Translations under genes and position numbers: made by a program
NCBI GenBank assembly: GCA_024137785.1
Contig: JAHRHZ010000056.1
Coordinates: 17,280,341 to 17,344,340 of the forward strand
Direction: 5' to 3'
Length of the DNA: 64,000 nt
Origin: Ginglymostoma cirratum
Taxonomy: Eukaryota
The notes under the pieces: model-generated
What the model was told of the DNA's origin: nothing
Databases searched by the model: none
Seen by the model: only the letters and a program-made list of their open reading frames with translations
Shown here: piece by piece, positions 38,008 to 52,019 of the stretch
Position numbering within the stretch: position 1 is the first letter of the stretch
Layout of the letters: each line of letters opens with the position of its first letter

Positions 38008-38741
38008 TGTCACTCACAGTTTCCCAAAAGATCTTCGAGAAGAATTTCAATTTTCTAGTAACAAATGCTTTTTGAGAAGAAACAGAGTAAATCCGATAGT
38101 AAAAGTGCATGATTTTAATGTTTACTGAAATAATTTAACTGTAATACTAGCTTAGGCCCCAACATTTATTTTCCACACTCAATATTGCTAATTACATTGT
38201 GTACAATAACTTTTGTGACCAACACTAAATGTGGATTGCCTTTGAAACTAATGTACCTGTTCTTGTTATATGTAGATTACTGGGAGCTGTTTATCTAAAT
38301 TAATTGTGGAGGGAGAACGCATCAGGACATGGTGGTGTTGTGTTAAGGATATGTCATTGGACCTTCAAACCTGAAGGAACTTTTTTTTTAGTAATTTGAG
38401 CTACTTCAAAAAAAACAACACAATCTAGAGCATGTATACGTATTCAGCTTTAATTTGTACGTACCTATTCACCATAGATTACTATAGCCATCCTATATCA
38501 GTGTTTGGTAATTAGTATAACCTTTCCAGACTGTGGAGTACTGGATTCCTTGTTTGATTGGGATCTTTTGCAAAATGTTTTGAGACAGAGGATGCCATTC
38601 AGTCCATCATATCTGTGTCAGCATAAAAGACCTGTTCAGCCTCACCCTATTTTCCAGCTTTCATTCCATAGCCTGGCAGGTTACAGGATTTCAGGTGCAT
38701 GTCCAAGTACTTTTTAGATGCTACAAGAGGTTCGAATTAGG

Positions 38742-38903
38742 TTTATTGTCACGTGTACTCATGGAAAGTTTACAACTCGCCATTTACAGTGCCTTCTTAG
38801 GTACTACAGCACCTAGATGCAGAATCCTGGGTACAAAGCAGAAAAACATTATATACATTTCACTGTACTCCTACTTTTGTACTTGAGTACACGTGACAAT
38901 AAA
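38742..38903. repeat. 20-bp inverted repeat pair (MITE-like) in the presumed 3' UTR, supplying an AATAAA
   Basis: tttattgtcacgtgtactca (38742-38761) and tgagtacacgtgacaataaa (38884-38903). Confidence 0.7.
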
Positions 38904-41262
38904 ATCAAAAAGATAAATATTACAGTTCTTCTTACTAAAGAGCAGAAAAACAAAGAAACACAGTTAAAAGTTCAACACCACAGTCCATATGCCATTGTGG
39001 GCTCGCATTCCTCACAAGGGCTTGACCCTTTCCTACATGCCCCCTACATTTAAGTCTAAGTCTCTGTTATGTAGAGAAGTAAAAGGACCTAGTTCTGTGC
39101 CCTGCTGAAAACAGTTTACCAGTCACAAAAAAATTTGGCTGCTTCAAATCTAGTTTTGTTAAATGTTAATCTAAATAAGTACTAGACTTGATAATGACAT
39201 GTATGACATTCAATTGTATTACAACAGAACTAAATAGACAGTATAAGAAAATTTTCAAATTTTTATCATTTGTACTGCTGAAAGCTTACTGATGCGTCAT
39301 ATGGAAAAGAAATAATTAGATAATTCTGCGGCTTCAAAAGAAATTAACTGAGAAATTCTGCAAAACCTTTGTGAAAAATGCTAAAATCAGAGAACATAAC
39401 ACCTGCAAATTGCATTGGAAAGGAGATATTACTAATAAATTATTTAAAGAACATGAACTGCACTGTGCTGCTACTACTCTGGTGTCAGTACATAATGTAT
39501 ACCGTTTATGCGAGATTTGAACTCGACGTATGAAAATGTCTTGAATTTTACTGATATCTCCTACTAATTTACAAAATAAAACCATTGGTCAAAGTTCAGA
39601 TATTAAAATAGTTTTTCTCTTTAACTGCAGGTACAAATTATAGTACATAAATACATATCCTACAGGAATTGATATAGTTTATGTTAATTAAAATGGCTAT
39701 TTCTCCAGATATGCACAGCACTACATTGTCAGACACAAGAGGTACACTGCAGGGTAAAAATGTGTGAATGCAACAAGAATAACATTGTTAGTTTGAAGTA
39801 GTTGCAATTATGTTTTGGCCTTCTTTGGTAGTGGGTCTTAATATCTTGAAATACATTATACTGCTATTATTCATCTGATATCCTATGTTACTCATTACAA
39901 ATTTGTCACTGTAAATTGGACAGTAGTGCAGTGGTCGAGCTTTTTAACCCTCTGTCCAATTTTTTTCTCTGCATTTCAAAGAGGGGAGAGAGATAAATTG
40001 ATAACATTTGAGAAATTAATAAAGGAAACCCCTCCACAGTTGTGCCTATTTTAAATAAAGCCATAAATAGTTACAATGGTAATCTGACTGCTGTGGGCAA
40101 ACAATGTTGGTATGGAAACCTATATTTGAGACCTTTCATTTCTGAGAGGCAGATGCATCCAAGTCCAGCCAAGCACAATGAATTTCAATTCGAGCAAAGT
40201 TAACATAATTCAGATCCCTATTGTGTCTTAATTTTTTTAGGGTCTATGCTTTGTTCCGACATAGTATAACACCTTTTAGAAACATTGATGTATCTTGTAT
40301 CATCTTTTCAAATATCCATCAGCTCACAGGATTCAGCTTCAGAGAAACACATTGTAAGTGAAATGATTTATTTAGTTTTGTCATACTAACCAAAACAGCG
40401 CCTGAAGTTGTGATCTTTGTGTTTTGAAGGTTTACTTTTCTGGGGAAGGCCTGCACAGTCATTTGAGAGTAATGTGGAAGTGGCCCCAGTGCAGTTGGAA
40501 CCTGCTCTGGGATAATGGTCCTGAATGTAAAACTAGAGCGTGTCATTCCCCTACATCTCAGGAAGCAGCAGAGATAATTTGGTTTGAGTTACGTGACATA
40601 TTTATTTCTTGATTAAACTGTGTTTTATTGTTGATTTGTCAGGTTTATTTATTGACTGTAGTGATAAACAATTTTAAGTGTTAGGATTTTTAATTCAAGG
40701 AATTACTTCTGTGACTCGAGGGAGCAAACTGTGCCAATACAAGTTTTACCTCCAACAATGATGGAGAAAAGAATATGAGAATTTTGTTCCTGTTGCAGAA
40801 TTTTATTTTGTTACCCTCCTACCGTACCAAACTTCTTGATTTCTTCCAGAGATACCTCAAGGAAATGAGTGCTAAAGTATGACACAGCTGCTGACATTAT
40901 TATGTTATTCACCATTCATGTCTTTGGGCACATCAAGAAGAAAAACAAGCCCAATAAATGCTAAAATGCAAAAGAGTACTGCACTAATTTCTCCCTGTAG
41001 AGCTGGATGTAGTGGGCTGAAGGCTTAACTACCAATGATGGGGTCGGGGAGGAGAGCAGAATGCACAAGAGGTGATTATTATATTCTCTCACTTGGGAAT
41101 TCACAATTTGTAGTCCAACAGTTTTGTATTTTTTGCTATATATGTAAACCTCCCAATCAGATGACTATATTTTAACACACTTGGTGTCATGCTATGATTA
41201 CAAGTTGTAGTTAAATAGGATCTCTTATGATCTGATGTCAGATTTCCCTAGGAGACTTAGAA

Positions 41263-42060
41263 GATGGAGTTTAATTTAGATAAATGCGAGGTACTGCATT
41301 TTCATAAAGCAAATGAGGGCAGGACTTATACAATTAAAAGTAGGGCCTTGGGTAGTGTTGAAGAACAGAAGGACCTAGGGGTTCAGGTACATAATTCTTT
41401 AAAGTTTGTGTCACATGTAGATATGGTGGTTAAGAAGGCATTTAGCAAACCTGTCTTCATTGCTCAGACCTTTGAGAGTAGGAGTTGGGACATTATGTTG
41501 AGGTTGTACAGGACATTGGTGAGACCTCTTTTGGAGTACTGTGTACAGTTCTGGTCGCCCTGTTGTAGGATGGATATTATTAAGCTGGAGAGGGTTCATA
41601 GGAGATTTATCAGGATGTTGCAGAGTATGGAAGGTTTGAGTTGTAAGGAGATGCTGGATAGGCTGGGACTTTTTTCACGAGAGCATAGGAGGTTGGGGGG
41701 TGACTTTTACAGAGATTAATAAAATCATGAGTATAGATAAGATGAATGGCAGGTGTCTTTTCCCTTGGGGGGAGGATTTCAAGACTAATGGGCATATTTT
41801 TAAGGTGATAGGAGAAAGCCTTAAAAAAGAAGAGGGGCAACTTCTCACATAGAGAGTGGTTCGTGTGGAATGAACTTCCAGAGGAAGTGGCAGGTGCAGA
41901 TATGCTTACAATATTTAAAAAAAATTTAGATAAGTACATGAGTAAGAAATGTTTGGGGGGGGGGGGATATAGGCCAAGCGCAGGCAGGTGGGACTAGTTA
42001 TGATCAACATGGACTGGTTGGATCAAAGGGTCTGTTTCCATTTTATATGACTCTGAGACC
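41263..42060 (+). mobile_element. CR1 LINE 3' fragment
   Basis: MEFNLDKCEVLHF..KDLGV..LYRTLVRPLLEYCVQFWSP; 3' UTR and tatgactct tail. Confidence 0.92.
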
Positions 42061-44352
42061 AATGAATAGCTGAAACCCTTGTTTTAAAAATCCCTGAGAT
42101 GAAGTGCAGGTACAAATTTATTAAAGATTCCCTATTTGATTATGACAGAGAGCTAACACCTGATTACATTTGAAGGCCAGTATAAATAATGGAGTACTTC
42201 CCTCACACTGGCTAAATGACACTTGCTTCCACTTCCAGGCTCCCCTGAATCTTAGAATGCACTGAACGGGCAAGATAGCCAACAAACAACATGCAATGTA
42301 TTTGCAGAAATGTGTTTTTTTTTTAATTTCTTGGAGGAAAATTTGTTTTGCTTGTCAATGCACTGTCTAGTTTGAGGGGACTTGTGTCCATCTTGTTCTG
42401 GTAAGAAAACAAATTGAAGTGGTGGTTATGCCAAAACATGCATTTTGTTTCTAGAAAATTGAGCCAATTTCAACTCCTATTCAGTGAACCTCAGCAGAGG
42501 CAGTGCAATCAAACCAAAATGCAACTTTGTTTTATTCTAGAATCATTTTCACTTCAGTGACATAGATTATGCAGCTGTGAATGATAATTTAGCACATAGC
42601 TCCAATGATGGTATAAAAGGTTATAACATTTTCTCTTTGTCACAACAATCTAACATCGTTGGAACAAAACATCAAGGCACCTGGTTTAATAGTATGCATT
42701 TGAAAACAGGGTTTGACGGTCACAGTGTTGGAACTTTTCAATGGCTATTAATACCATTGGAAAATTAAAATAAAAATAGATGTTTGCCTTGTATGTATTT
42801 TATTATTGCAAAATTAAAGACAGAAACACACTTTTAACTGTGCGACCCTTAGCTGGGCACAGTAAAAATGAATAGTTGCTTGTATTTTTTACACTCTTAA
42901 CCTTTTAAAACTTTAAAAACTAAACATAAAGTAGATTTTATATATAGTCCATCTGAAATGTGTGGTTCTAGGCACTCTGAATTTCACAAGTTAGATATGG
43001 ACTTCCCTGAAGCAACTATTTGGCATTTTTTTGTGGTTTGGTTTGTTTCCACAATATGAGCAAAGTTCTCTTATGTTGCAGGTGAAATAACTAGATTATA
43101 TAAAATTACAATTTTAATTTGTGTTGTTGGCTTTGAAACTTGATCATTTAAGCTCTGATAGAACTTATTGTGAATATAATTTGAATTAAGAACGGAAATT
43201 TTTCAAATAAACTACAGTTGATTTAACTTGAAGTTGATTGCCTTACGGAATTTTAGTCAATGCACAGCTTTTTCAGCAAGTCTGTAAATTAAGGAAAACA
43301 TTTGCATCTGTATATGTGTGATTCTTATCTTTATCTTGCATACAGCAAGATTTACAAATGGCGAAGAGATAAATGATAATATCCAGTGATCTCTGAGTGA
43401 AGTGCATTTATCATAAGTGCCAGAAGAGGACACGACTGAACTTGCTGATTTTCACTGTCAAAAAGAATCAAATGTGGTGATGACAATTTGGGCAAAGAAG
43501 TGGAGGGTGACTGGTGATCAGGAACCATCTCCCACTGACATATCCCTTTAGAAGAGCTTTTTTTTAAAAATTGTGGTATTTGGAAAAATGAAATAGTGCA
43601 GTGCAAAATGTTTTTGATATTGTGCTTTTGAATTGCTAAAGAAATTATGTATTTTATTCTTAAATGTCTGATACAAAACGTTCTAAATTTTAAATAGGAA
43701 GCACTGGGATGCTGCGGAGGCACTTTAACCATAAGCTGCAATAAAGTTTAGAATACGGCTGGAATTAAATTATTCTACAGTTTGAGCAGTAATTAATTCT
43801 GCCACTGTATGTAACTTTTTTGGTGACTATTTGCTTGGATTAATGCAACAGACATTGCTAAAATTATAATAGGAAAAACCAACAGAAATCATAGAATAAT
43901 TTAGTAAACTGAGATACTGATGTCGAGATATTCTCAATGTGTAAAGTGACTAAAGAACTAGTTCATAAATTATAAACAAATTTTAACGCAAAAGAGAAAA
44001 AAGTTCTATTGAATTCTCAAATGATTTGATGTTTTGGTATTATGTTAGTTATGATCTGTGTCTAACAGATGTCAATAAAACTATTGAAAGAAACGGGACT
44101 CAATTCTGATCTGTTTTATGTGAAGCATTTCTATTGCTTTTTTCTCATGCCCTTATTTTCTTCCTCTTGGCCTGCTCTCTCCCTCTTCCATACTACATGG
44201 TGTAATCTTTCTTATCCTCAACAGTAGTTACATTATACTATGGCTTCTTCAGTGCCCGACACTTGTAAGGGGACCTCAGACATGCTTTAAGATTTTCATT
44301 TCAATATAATTTGAGAAAACACTCAGCTTTCAAGCTTTGGTTGGATTGAAAC

Positions 44353-45489
44353 TGAAATAAATAAGTCATAGAAGCCAGTATCCCATCACCAATTACCCTC
44401 TATTTACACATGGAAACTGACATTAGCTCCCTAAGAGCCAGCTCTCAGTGTGAGGAGAACCTCTGATGCTCCTCTTTATATCTTCAGCCAGGGCTCCTTG
44501 ATTGGACCAGATTAACAGCCCCAATTAAGGAATTCATATTCTATGAGGTCCACCTGACTGACCTTGTTACAATCACTACTTCCCTCCCCCTCTGTGTCTG
44601 AGGACATATGCTGGTTCTTTTTCTGGTGTGGCTGCTCCTGGGATGTTTTAGCACTGGGTCAGGTTCCTCCAACTCCGACTCTGAAGGGGCAGTGTGTCAC
44701 ACAAATAGCTTGCTATATCCGTCTCCGATTCCAAAGTATCTTCAATGCTTTTGGAGAGGGACAGCCCACAAACAGTTGGAAAGGCAGTCAGGGAACCAGG
44801 CACATTTTGTTCCCGCACTGTTTGCAAGTCTGCCGCTTTCACATGGGCCATGTGCCTGTTGAGGATCATAACACCTACCCAAACTTTAGATGTCACTGGA
44901 CCTGACCTCACATCAAGCATATCCATGCAGGGCCATTCCTGTGGTTCCTACACCAAACTTCATTCTGAAGTAAATTGTCTCTCACTTAGCTGAATCTTGC
45001 GTCCAGCATTAGCATTCCTGATGCAGTTTCACATCTCCAACCCCCAAGGTCCGGAAAGATCTGATTTAATCTGTTGCAGAGTCTTCTCCCCATTAACAAT
45101 GCTGCTGGAGCTATACCTGTAGTTTTGTGAATGGTGGAGCAACAATAAAGTAGAAATCAGGACAGTTTGGTACCTGGTGAAACTGTAGGCTGTTTCTTTA
45201 AGCCTGCCTTCAAAGTTTGGACTGCTGTTTCTGCTAGACCATTGAATAATGAATGGTATGGAGCTTTCCTTATATATCGAATACTTCAGGAAAAACTCAA
45301 TTCCCGGTTGGTAAACAATAGCCCATTATCTGTGACCAACATTTCCAGGAGCCCACGTATTGCAAAAGATGCGCACAGTTTTTCGACTATTGTTACACAG
45401 TTTTTTGACTATTTCGACCCCGTGCTGACGAATGAACTCTATGCACATCCAGCCACTTTGAGTGGGGGTCCACAATGACTAAAAACATT
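44353..45489 (-). mobile_element. Gypsy LTR-retrotransposon 3' half: integrase remnant, PPT and 3' LTR
   Basis: minus-strand MFLVIVDPHSKWLDVH, LVTDNG, APYHSLFNGLAETAVQTLKAGLKK (with stops); PPT gagggggaggga 44581-44592; LTR 44353-44580. Confidence 0.88.
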
Positions 45490-45559
45490 CTTTCCATTGA
45501 TAAAGTCCCATCTATTGTGGGGTTGCCATCTTGTCAAATGGAATAGATTAAATACAGAT

Positions 45560-45830
45560 ATCAAAAGTGGACATCCATGAAATGCAGTGGGCCAACAACA
45601 ATAAAATTGTGTGCTATCACAACCCCATGATTCCGCATATCTCTCATTCTATCATTACCATGAAGCCATTCTCCCAACAGCGGTTTAATTGGGAATGTAG
45701 AAAAATACACACTAGAAGCAGCATTATGCATCCTGAAAGTGCCCAACTGGTAAACAGGACTACAGGCATACTAAACGGTGGAAGCAGCATTCTGATAAGT
45801 GATTCCACAAACATCTTATGGAAGCTGTAA
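45560..45830 (+). mobile_element. Second, oppositely oriented degenerate integrase remnant
   Basis: ORF 45567-45830 contains KIHTRSSIMHPESAQLVNRTTGIL, resembling the integrase SSPYHPQSxGxVER motif. Confidence 0.45.
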
Positions 45831-46639
45831 AATTATGTCACATCCAATCGTGAATGGTTGTAAACAATTAAATGAGTAACAGAAACTGGAAGCTCGATGA
45901 ACATACACATCCTTAATGATGGTAAACGACAAGGTTGAAGCTTTCACAACCACCTGTGGCAAGACTTGCCAAATCCATCATATCCACTTCCTGAGATTCC
46001 CACCCTCTTAGATGACAGTCTTCAGCCAATTTGACTCACTGCACATAGTAGGAAAAATGACTGATTGCAATGCAACACTCTCTGATGCTCAGTTTTGCTT
46101 CTGCTAGGACCACTGAGACCCAAACCTAATTAAAGCCTTGGCCCAAAGATGGAGAAGAGCTTAATTCCATTACTGTAATCAGAGTGACCATCTTTGACAT
46201 CAAAATTTGATATTTAACCAGGTGTAGCATCAAGGAGTTCCAGTAAGATGGAAGTGAACGGAGATCAGAGAGAAAATATCTATCATTAGTTGTAACTTGT
46301 AACAACACAAAGCTAGATGGTTGTGATCGTTGAAAGTTGATTATCTTAGCTCCAGAGCATCCTCAGAATGCTGTCTGAGGCCGCACAGTCTTTGGCTTCG
46401 ATGTTCTGCCTAGTATTAAGAGTTCAGATGTGATGATTGCTCGGTGTGAAATTCTATACACAATTGTTCAGGTAATAATGAAGTTGTCAAGGCCTGAATG
46501 CAACAAAAGTGGGACAACATTGTCTGACAAGTATATTATTAGCTTAAATACCAATGACACCTCGCAATTATTTGTAACTTGTGCCTATAATGTACCTACA
46601 ATTAGTGACTCAAGTAACAGGCAAGATAGATAGAGGAAA

Positions 46640-48116
46640 AAAAAACAGAAGTTACTGGAAAAGCTCAGCAGGACTGGCAGCACCTGTGAAGAAAAATCAG
46701 CGTTAACATTTCAGGTCCAGTGACTCTTCCTCAGAACTGATGGTAGCTGGGAAAACGTCGGTTATATGCAGAAAATAGGGAGTGGAGTAGGGTAGGAAGT
46801 AAATGATAGGATAGAGCTCAAAGAAAGTGAAGAGCAGTTGGATAGACAAAGGAGTTGATAACAATTTGGCTAGGAGTTGTTAATGGAGACTGTTAGTGAC
46901 TAACAATAAGTGGTGTGTAATGGCAGGCTATGTGATAAAAAGGCCTGGTGTGTGGGGTAGGGGGCTAGAACATAGGAGAGTTTAGGCCCTAAAATTATTG
47001 AACTCAATACTGGGTTTGTTAGCCTGCAGGGTCCACAAGTGGAAAATGAGATGTTGTTCTTCCAGCTTGCGTTGAGCTTCACTGGAACACTGACAGAGAT
47101 GTTGGCCAGGGAACAGGGTACTGTGTTAAAGTGGCATGCAAAATGTAGCTCAGGGTCTTTTTTGCAAGCAGAACGTAGATGTTTGTAAAGTCTTCAACCA
47201 GGCTATGTTTCGTTTCTCCAATGTAGAGACCACATTGTGTGCAGCAAATACAGTAGACTAGATTCTGTGAAGTGCAGGTGAAACGTGGCTTCGCCTGGAA
47301 GGTATGTTTGGGTCCTTGGATAGTGGAGAGGGAGGAGGCAAATGGTGTTGCACCTTCGCCAGTTGCAGGGGACGGTGCCGTGGGGCTGTTGGGGCGCATT
47401 CGGAGTTAAGACGGAGTGGACCAGGGTGTCCCACAAGGAATGGTCCCTGCGGAAGGCGGACAAGGGAGGAGAGAGGAATATGTGTCTGGTGGTGGCATCT
47501 TGCTGGAGGTGGCAGAAATGGCGTCTGATGATCTTCTGGATGTGGATGCTGGTGGGATTGTAGGTAAGGACAAGGGGACCCTATCGCTGTTGTCAGAGGA
47601 AGAGAAGGGGTGAGGGCGGAAGTGCAGGAGATGGGTCGGACCCAGTTTAGGGCCCTGTCGACAATGGTGTTGGGGAATCCTCAGTTGAGGAAGAAAGTGG
47701 TCATTTCGGAGGCTCCCTTGTTGAAGTGAGCCTCATGTGAACATATGCAACAGAGAAGGAGGAACTGAGAGAATGGGATGTAGTCTTTACAGGAAGCAGG
47801 GTATAGTCCAGGTAGCTGTGGGAGTCAGTGGGTTTACAGTAGGATACCTGTGGCCAGTCTATCCCCAGAAATGGAAACAGAGATGTTGAGGAAGGGAAGG
47901 GAACAGTCAGAGATAGACCAGGTGAAAGTGAGGGCAGGGTGGAAATTGGAAGTGAAATCGATGGACTTTTCCAATTCTGGATGCGAGAGGGAAGCAGCAC
48001 CAATGATATCATCAATATATCAGGGAAAGAGTTGTGGGTGGGGGCCAGAATAGGACTGAAACAAGGAATATTCAGCATACTTCATGAAGAGACACGCATA
48101 ACTGGGGCCCATGCGG
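46640..48116 (-). mobile_element. Penelope-like element (RT end, GIY-YIG endonuclease, terminal repeat), frameshifted
   Basis: YCKPTDSHSYLDY; SAFRRDHSLWDTLV; FTCTSQNLVYCICCTQCGLYIGETK; hammerhead-like motif at 46702-46740 (minus). Confidence 0.9.
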
Positions 48117-48504
48117 GCAAGAAAGAGTCTGATCTCCAATTGCATTCAATGGTATTACTACCTCTGATTCTCCCCTAATTGAAATCCTAGGCAGTCACCA
48201 ATGGCCAGAAAAATAACAGGCTCAGCCATATATGTGTTTTTGCTGGCTTCGTAAGGAGGTCAAGCATTAAGTATCCTTGAACAAGTTACTCACCTCCTGA
48301 CTCTAGAAGTATTTCCAGCTCCTACAATGGCCATGAGCATGATGGAATACTCTCCACTAGTCTGGGATGGATGCAGCCCCCACAACATTCAAATAGATCA
48401 ATACCATCCAAGACAAGAGGTCCAATTGATTTGATTACCCAAACACCTCCTCTGCGGCTGGCACACTATGGATCAGCTGCATACTGTCTACAAGAAGACC
48501 TTTG

Positions 48505-49150
48505 CTTTTATTCATTTGTGGGATGGGAGTTTCACTGGCTGTCCAGCATTTTTGCCTGTCCATACTTGCCCTTGAGAAAGTGATTGTAAGCTACCTTCTC
48601 GCTGCAGTCCATGTGCTGGAGGAAGGTCCTCAATGCCATTGTGGAGGGAATTACAGGATTTTGACCCAGTGTCAGTGAAGGAATTACGAATATTTCCAAG
48701 TCAAGATGGTGAGTAGGTTGTAGGGGAATTTACAGGTGCTGGTGTTCCCATGTATCTGCTGCCCTTGTGCTTCTAGATGGAAGTGTTGTCAGATTGGAAG
48801 GTCCCAATTAAGGATCTTTGGCAAATTTCTGCAGTGTATCTTTTAGATAGTATGCACTGCTGCAATTAAGCGTCAGTGATGGAGGGACTGAATGTTCATG
48901 GATGTGGTGCCAACCAAGCAGGCTGCTTTGTCCTGGATGGTGTCAAGTATTTTTGGAGATACACTGATCCTGGTAAGTGGGGAGTATTCTATCACACACT
49001 TGACTTGTGTCTTATAGATGGTAGACAGGCTTTGGTTACTCGCTGAGTTACTCGCTGCAATATACCTAGCCTCTGACAGCTCTTGTAGCCTCTGTATTTC
49101 TATGGAGCTCCAATTGAGTTTCTGATTAATGTTAATCCCCAGAACGTTGA
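48505..49150 (-). mobile_element. Decayed LINE 3' end, same family as 13860-14400
   Basis: shared gattttgacccag, tatttccaag, tatctgctgcccttgt.cttctagatgg, gtcctggatggtgt. Confidence 0.65.
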
Positions 49151-50479
49151 TAGTATAGTGCTGTAGCAGCTCACCAAAATTTCTTCAAGAGCACTTCCCA
49201 AACTTGATACCTTCAATACTGGTTACAACACATTGATGTGGGGGTTCTTTGAGTAGTGACACAAGCTCAGGCCAGTCTTCTTAGTAACTAATAATCATCA
49301 TCAAATAGCACCCAGGATATGACTGACAAATTGTCCAAGAACATGAGGATTGTGAATTGATGCATGTACATAAATTCCTCAGTTGTACAGAAGCATGGGA
49401 AAGATATTCTACTTGGACAGCCTAGAAAATTCTTAATCCATGTCTAGTGAGACACACTTATTAAATGTGACATAGACAATGCAAACATTGCAGAGCTTCC
49501 TGATCCTTGTGCTCTTCGGCAAGTGAATCAGTTGCCGCCTGCGTGCTGCCAAATTAAACTCCCGTAAGGCAGAAAGTACTAGAATGTTGTGCTTCCACAT
49601 TAGCACTGCCTGTCATATGAACTCAAAATGAGGTGAAGAATTCCTGTGTCTGTGATTTGGAAATGAATCAGAGGAATCTTAATATATTGCATCGTAATAT
49701 ATTAGTCAGGTAGCATAGGATCTACTTCTGGAAACAATGATAATATATTATCCAGTCTTCTTGGAATGGAACTCTTAGTAGTGGAGAAAACAGTGGGAAA
49801 TCTTCATTAAGTATCATTCAGTCCTTTTTAGATGAATAGTCGCGTTCTCGTAGCAGCTGAGGAAAAGCCTCACCAAATGAAAGCCTCATCATCTGGGCAT
49901 GGCACTACCTTGCAGGATGGAATGTGATCATTGTCTTGGAATATCTTCAACCACAGGTGGAACATCTAGTAGCTGGTATTGAAGGGCAAGTTGAACATGC
50001 TTGCCAACTCAACAAGGATCTGTTCTGACTCTTTAATAACTCTACCTTGTAGGTAAGTCTTACCTCAAAACTACTTTTAACCAGAAAGTTATGACTTGCT
50101 GATCCTAGGTCATGACTTTTGATGGTCCAAGGCATACAATTTGAAGCCACTCTAAACTGTCAGTAGTCAGTAATAACAGCTCCTGAATTCAGAAAAGAAT
50201 TAGTATCAATGTTTTTGATTTTCAATATTATTGACTAATAATCCTGGTCCTGCTATTTATTTTGTGTAGTGGAGCTAACACCATTCACTTAACCAATGAA
50301 GATTATAACTTCCATCTACATCTTGTTCATTTGATTTACTATCCTTTGCTCTGGAGGTGATGAATGTGATTCAACAGTTGTTCAATGTTGCAAAATTGCT
50401 GAAGGTGGTCATCTCTGCCACATTAGGTGAAAGGCAGGGAAGAGCTTAGGATAATCATATTCACCAAGAAATTTATTAG

Positions 50480-50870
50480 AAATAAAAGCTGACAAGTTCC
50501 CAGGTCCTCATGCTAGTGTCTTAAAAGACATGGCTGCAGAAATAGTAAAAGCATGGATTTTAATTTTCCAAAATTCCCTAGATACAGAAAGGTTCTAGTA
50601 AACTGCAAAATACCAAATGTGACTTTTTTTATTCAAGAAAGGCAAGAGACAGAAAGCAGGAAACTAAAGATCAGTTAGCTTAACATCTATAACAGGTAAT
50701 ATGCTGGAATATTTTATTAAAGAGGAAATTGCAGGGCATCTAGAAAGCCTCGGAGCAATCAGGCATAGTCAACAGGGTTTCCTGAAAGGGAAATCATGTT
50801 TGACTAACTAATTGGACTTTTTAAGCTTGCACAGGTATTGTGGATAAAGGGCAATCTATGAATCTGCTAT
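50480..50870 (+). mobile_element. CR1 LINE RT-domain fragment
   Basis: reads KADKFPGP..LKDMAAEIV..LIFQNSLD..FKKGKRQKAGN..VSLTS..SQQGFLKGKSCLTN. Confidence 0.8.
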
Positions 50871-50880
50871 ACCCAGTCAT

Positions 50881-51212
50881 GGGAAGGTGATGGCCTAGTG
50901 GTATCACTGGATTGTTAATGCAGAGACCCAGATAATGTTCTGGGGACCTGGGTTCGAATCCCGCCATGGCAGATGGTGGAATTCAAATTCAATAACTATC
51001 TGGATTTAAGAATCTAGTGATGACTGTGACCCCATTGCCGATTGTCAGGAAAAACCCATCTGGTTCATTAATGTCCTTTAGGGAAGGAAACTGCCATCCT
51101 CACCTGGTGTGGCCTACATGTGACTCCAGACCCACAGCAATGTGATTGCCTTTTAACTGCCCTCTGGACAATTAGGGATGGGCAATCTGTGCTGCCCATG
51201 AATGAATAAAAA
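50881..51212 (+). mobile_element. tRNA-derived SINE, near full length
   Basis: tggcctagtgg A-box, ggttcgaatccc B-box, core aatgtcctttagggaaggaaactgcc, tail atgaatgaataaaaa. Confidence 0.8.
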
Positions 51213-52019
51213 AAAACTGACAGGCTTGGACCAGGCCTAAGCTTGAGTCAAGTTGATCTCAGTCTTATGCTTTGTGCCCAGTCTGCCTCGATTTCTGGCT
51301 CACTTTTTTTAAGTCAGTCCTTGCATGACAATAAATCAGGGAGTATACGACTGAGCATTTGAAAGAATGCTGCACCTATGGATGAATCAATGACACTGTA
51401 AAAACTTCGAAAGTCTCCCAATATTACTAGTTTCTGGAATCCCTACCCAAACGGAACACATTCATACAGAATAATTTGGGACTGAAGTAAGCATCAAGGG
51501 CTGCTAGAACTGACTGAAAAGATGCTGAAGTTTCATCAATACCTTGTCAGACAAGGATCTATTCAGCGATGTTGTCCACTGCCTATAAAAACATACTGAC
51601 CTGGGGTTGGGGGGCATTTCTGCTTCAAATGGAGAGCTGAGATGATCAGTGGAACTGTGTCCTCCATATCTCCCATCCATTTGCTCATTTCAAACGTTCG
51701 ACTACCTCGAAGGGCTTCTGAAACTTTTGGTCCGCTGGCTGGCATGGACTTGCTGCCACTTCTGCATCTGCCTCAATTTACCTCACTTGAGGGAAGACTT
51801 CAAGTATTTCACCTCACTCTGAAGAAGCCGTCAAGCCAACACCTTGAGGAAATCTTTTGAGAATTTTCCTGTTCAATCTATCCTTATTGTTTTTCAAATT
51901 ATTCCGAGAAAACAGATACCATCTCTCTAAGACTGATGTCTCAATCACTGTTACCATGCTTGATGGACATTGATACATGTACAGGCCAGACTTCCTAGTA
52001 ATTTTAATCTACGTTTATA

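Noticed and set aside
50881-50965. tRNA-like A/B boxes (also 1279, 35945, 54787, 60680)
   Set aside because: SINE heads followed by SINE bodies; no complete cloverleaf
49480-51870. Coding-looking patches near 49500-50050 and 51560-51870 as CCDC103/FAM187A exons
   Set aside because: Hand translations show stops and no match to those proteins as I know them
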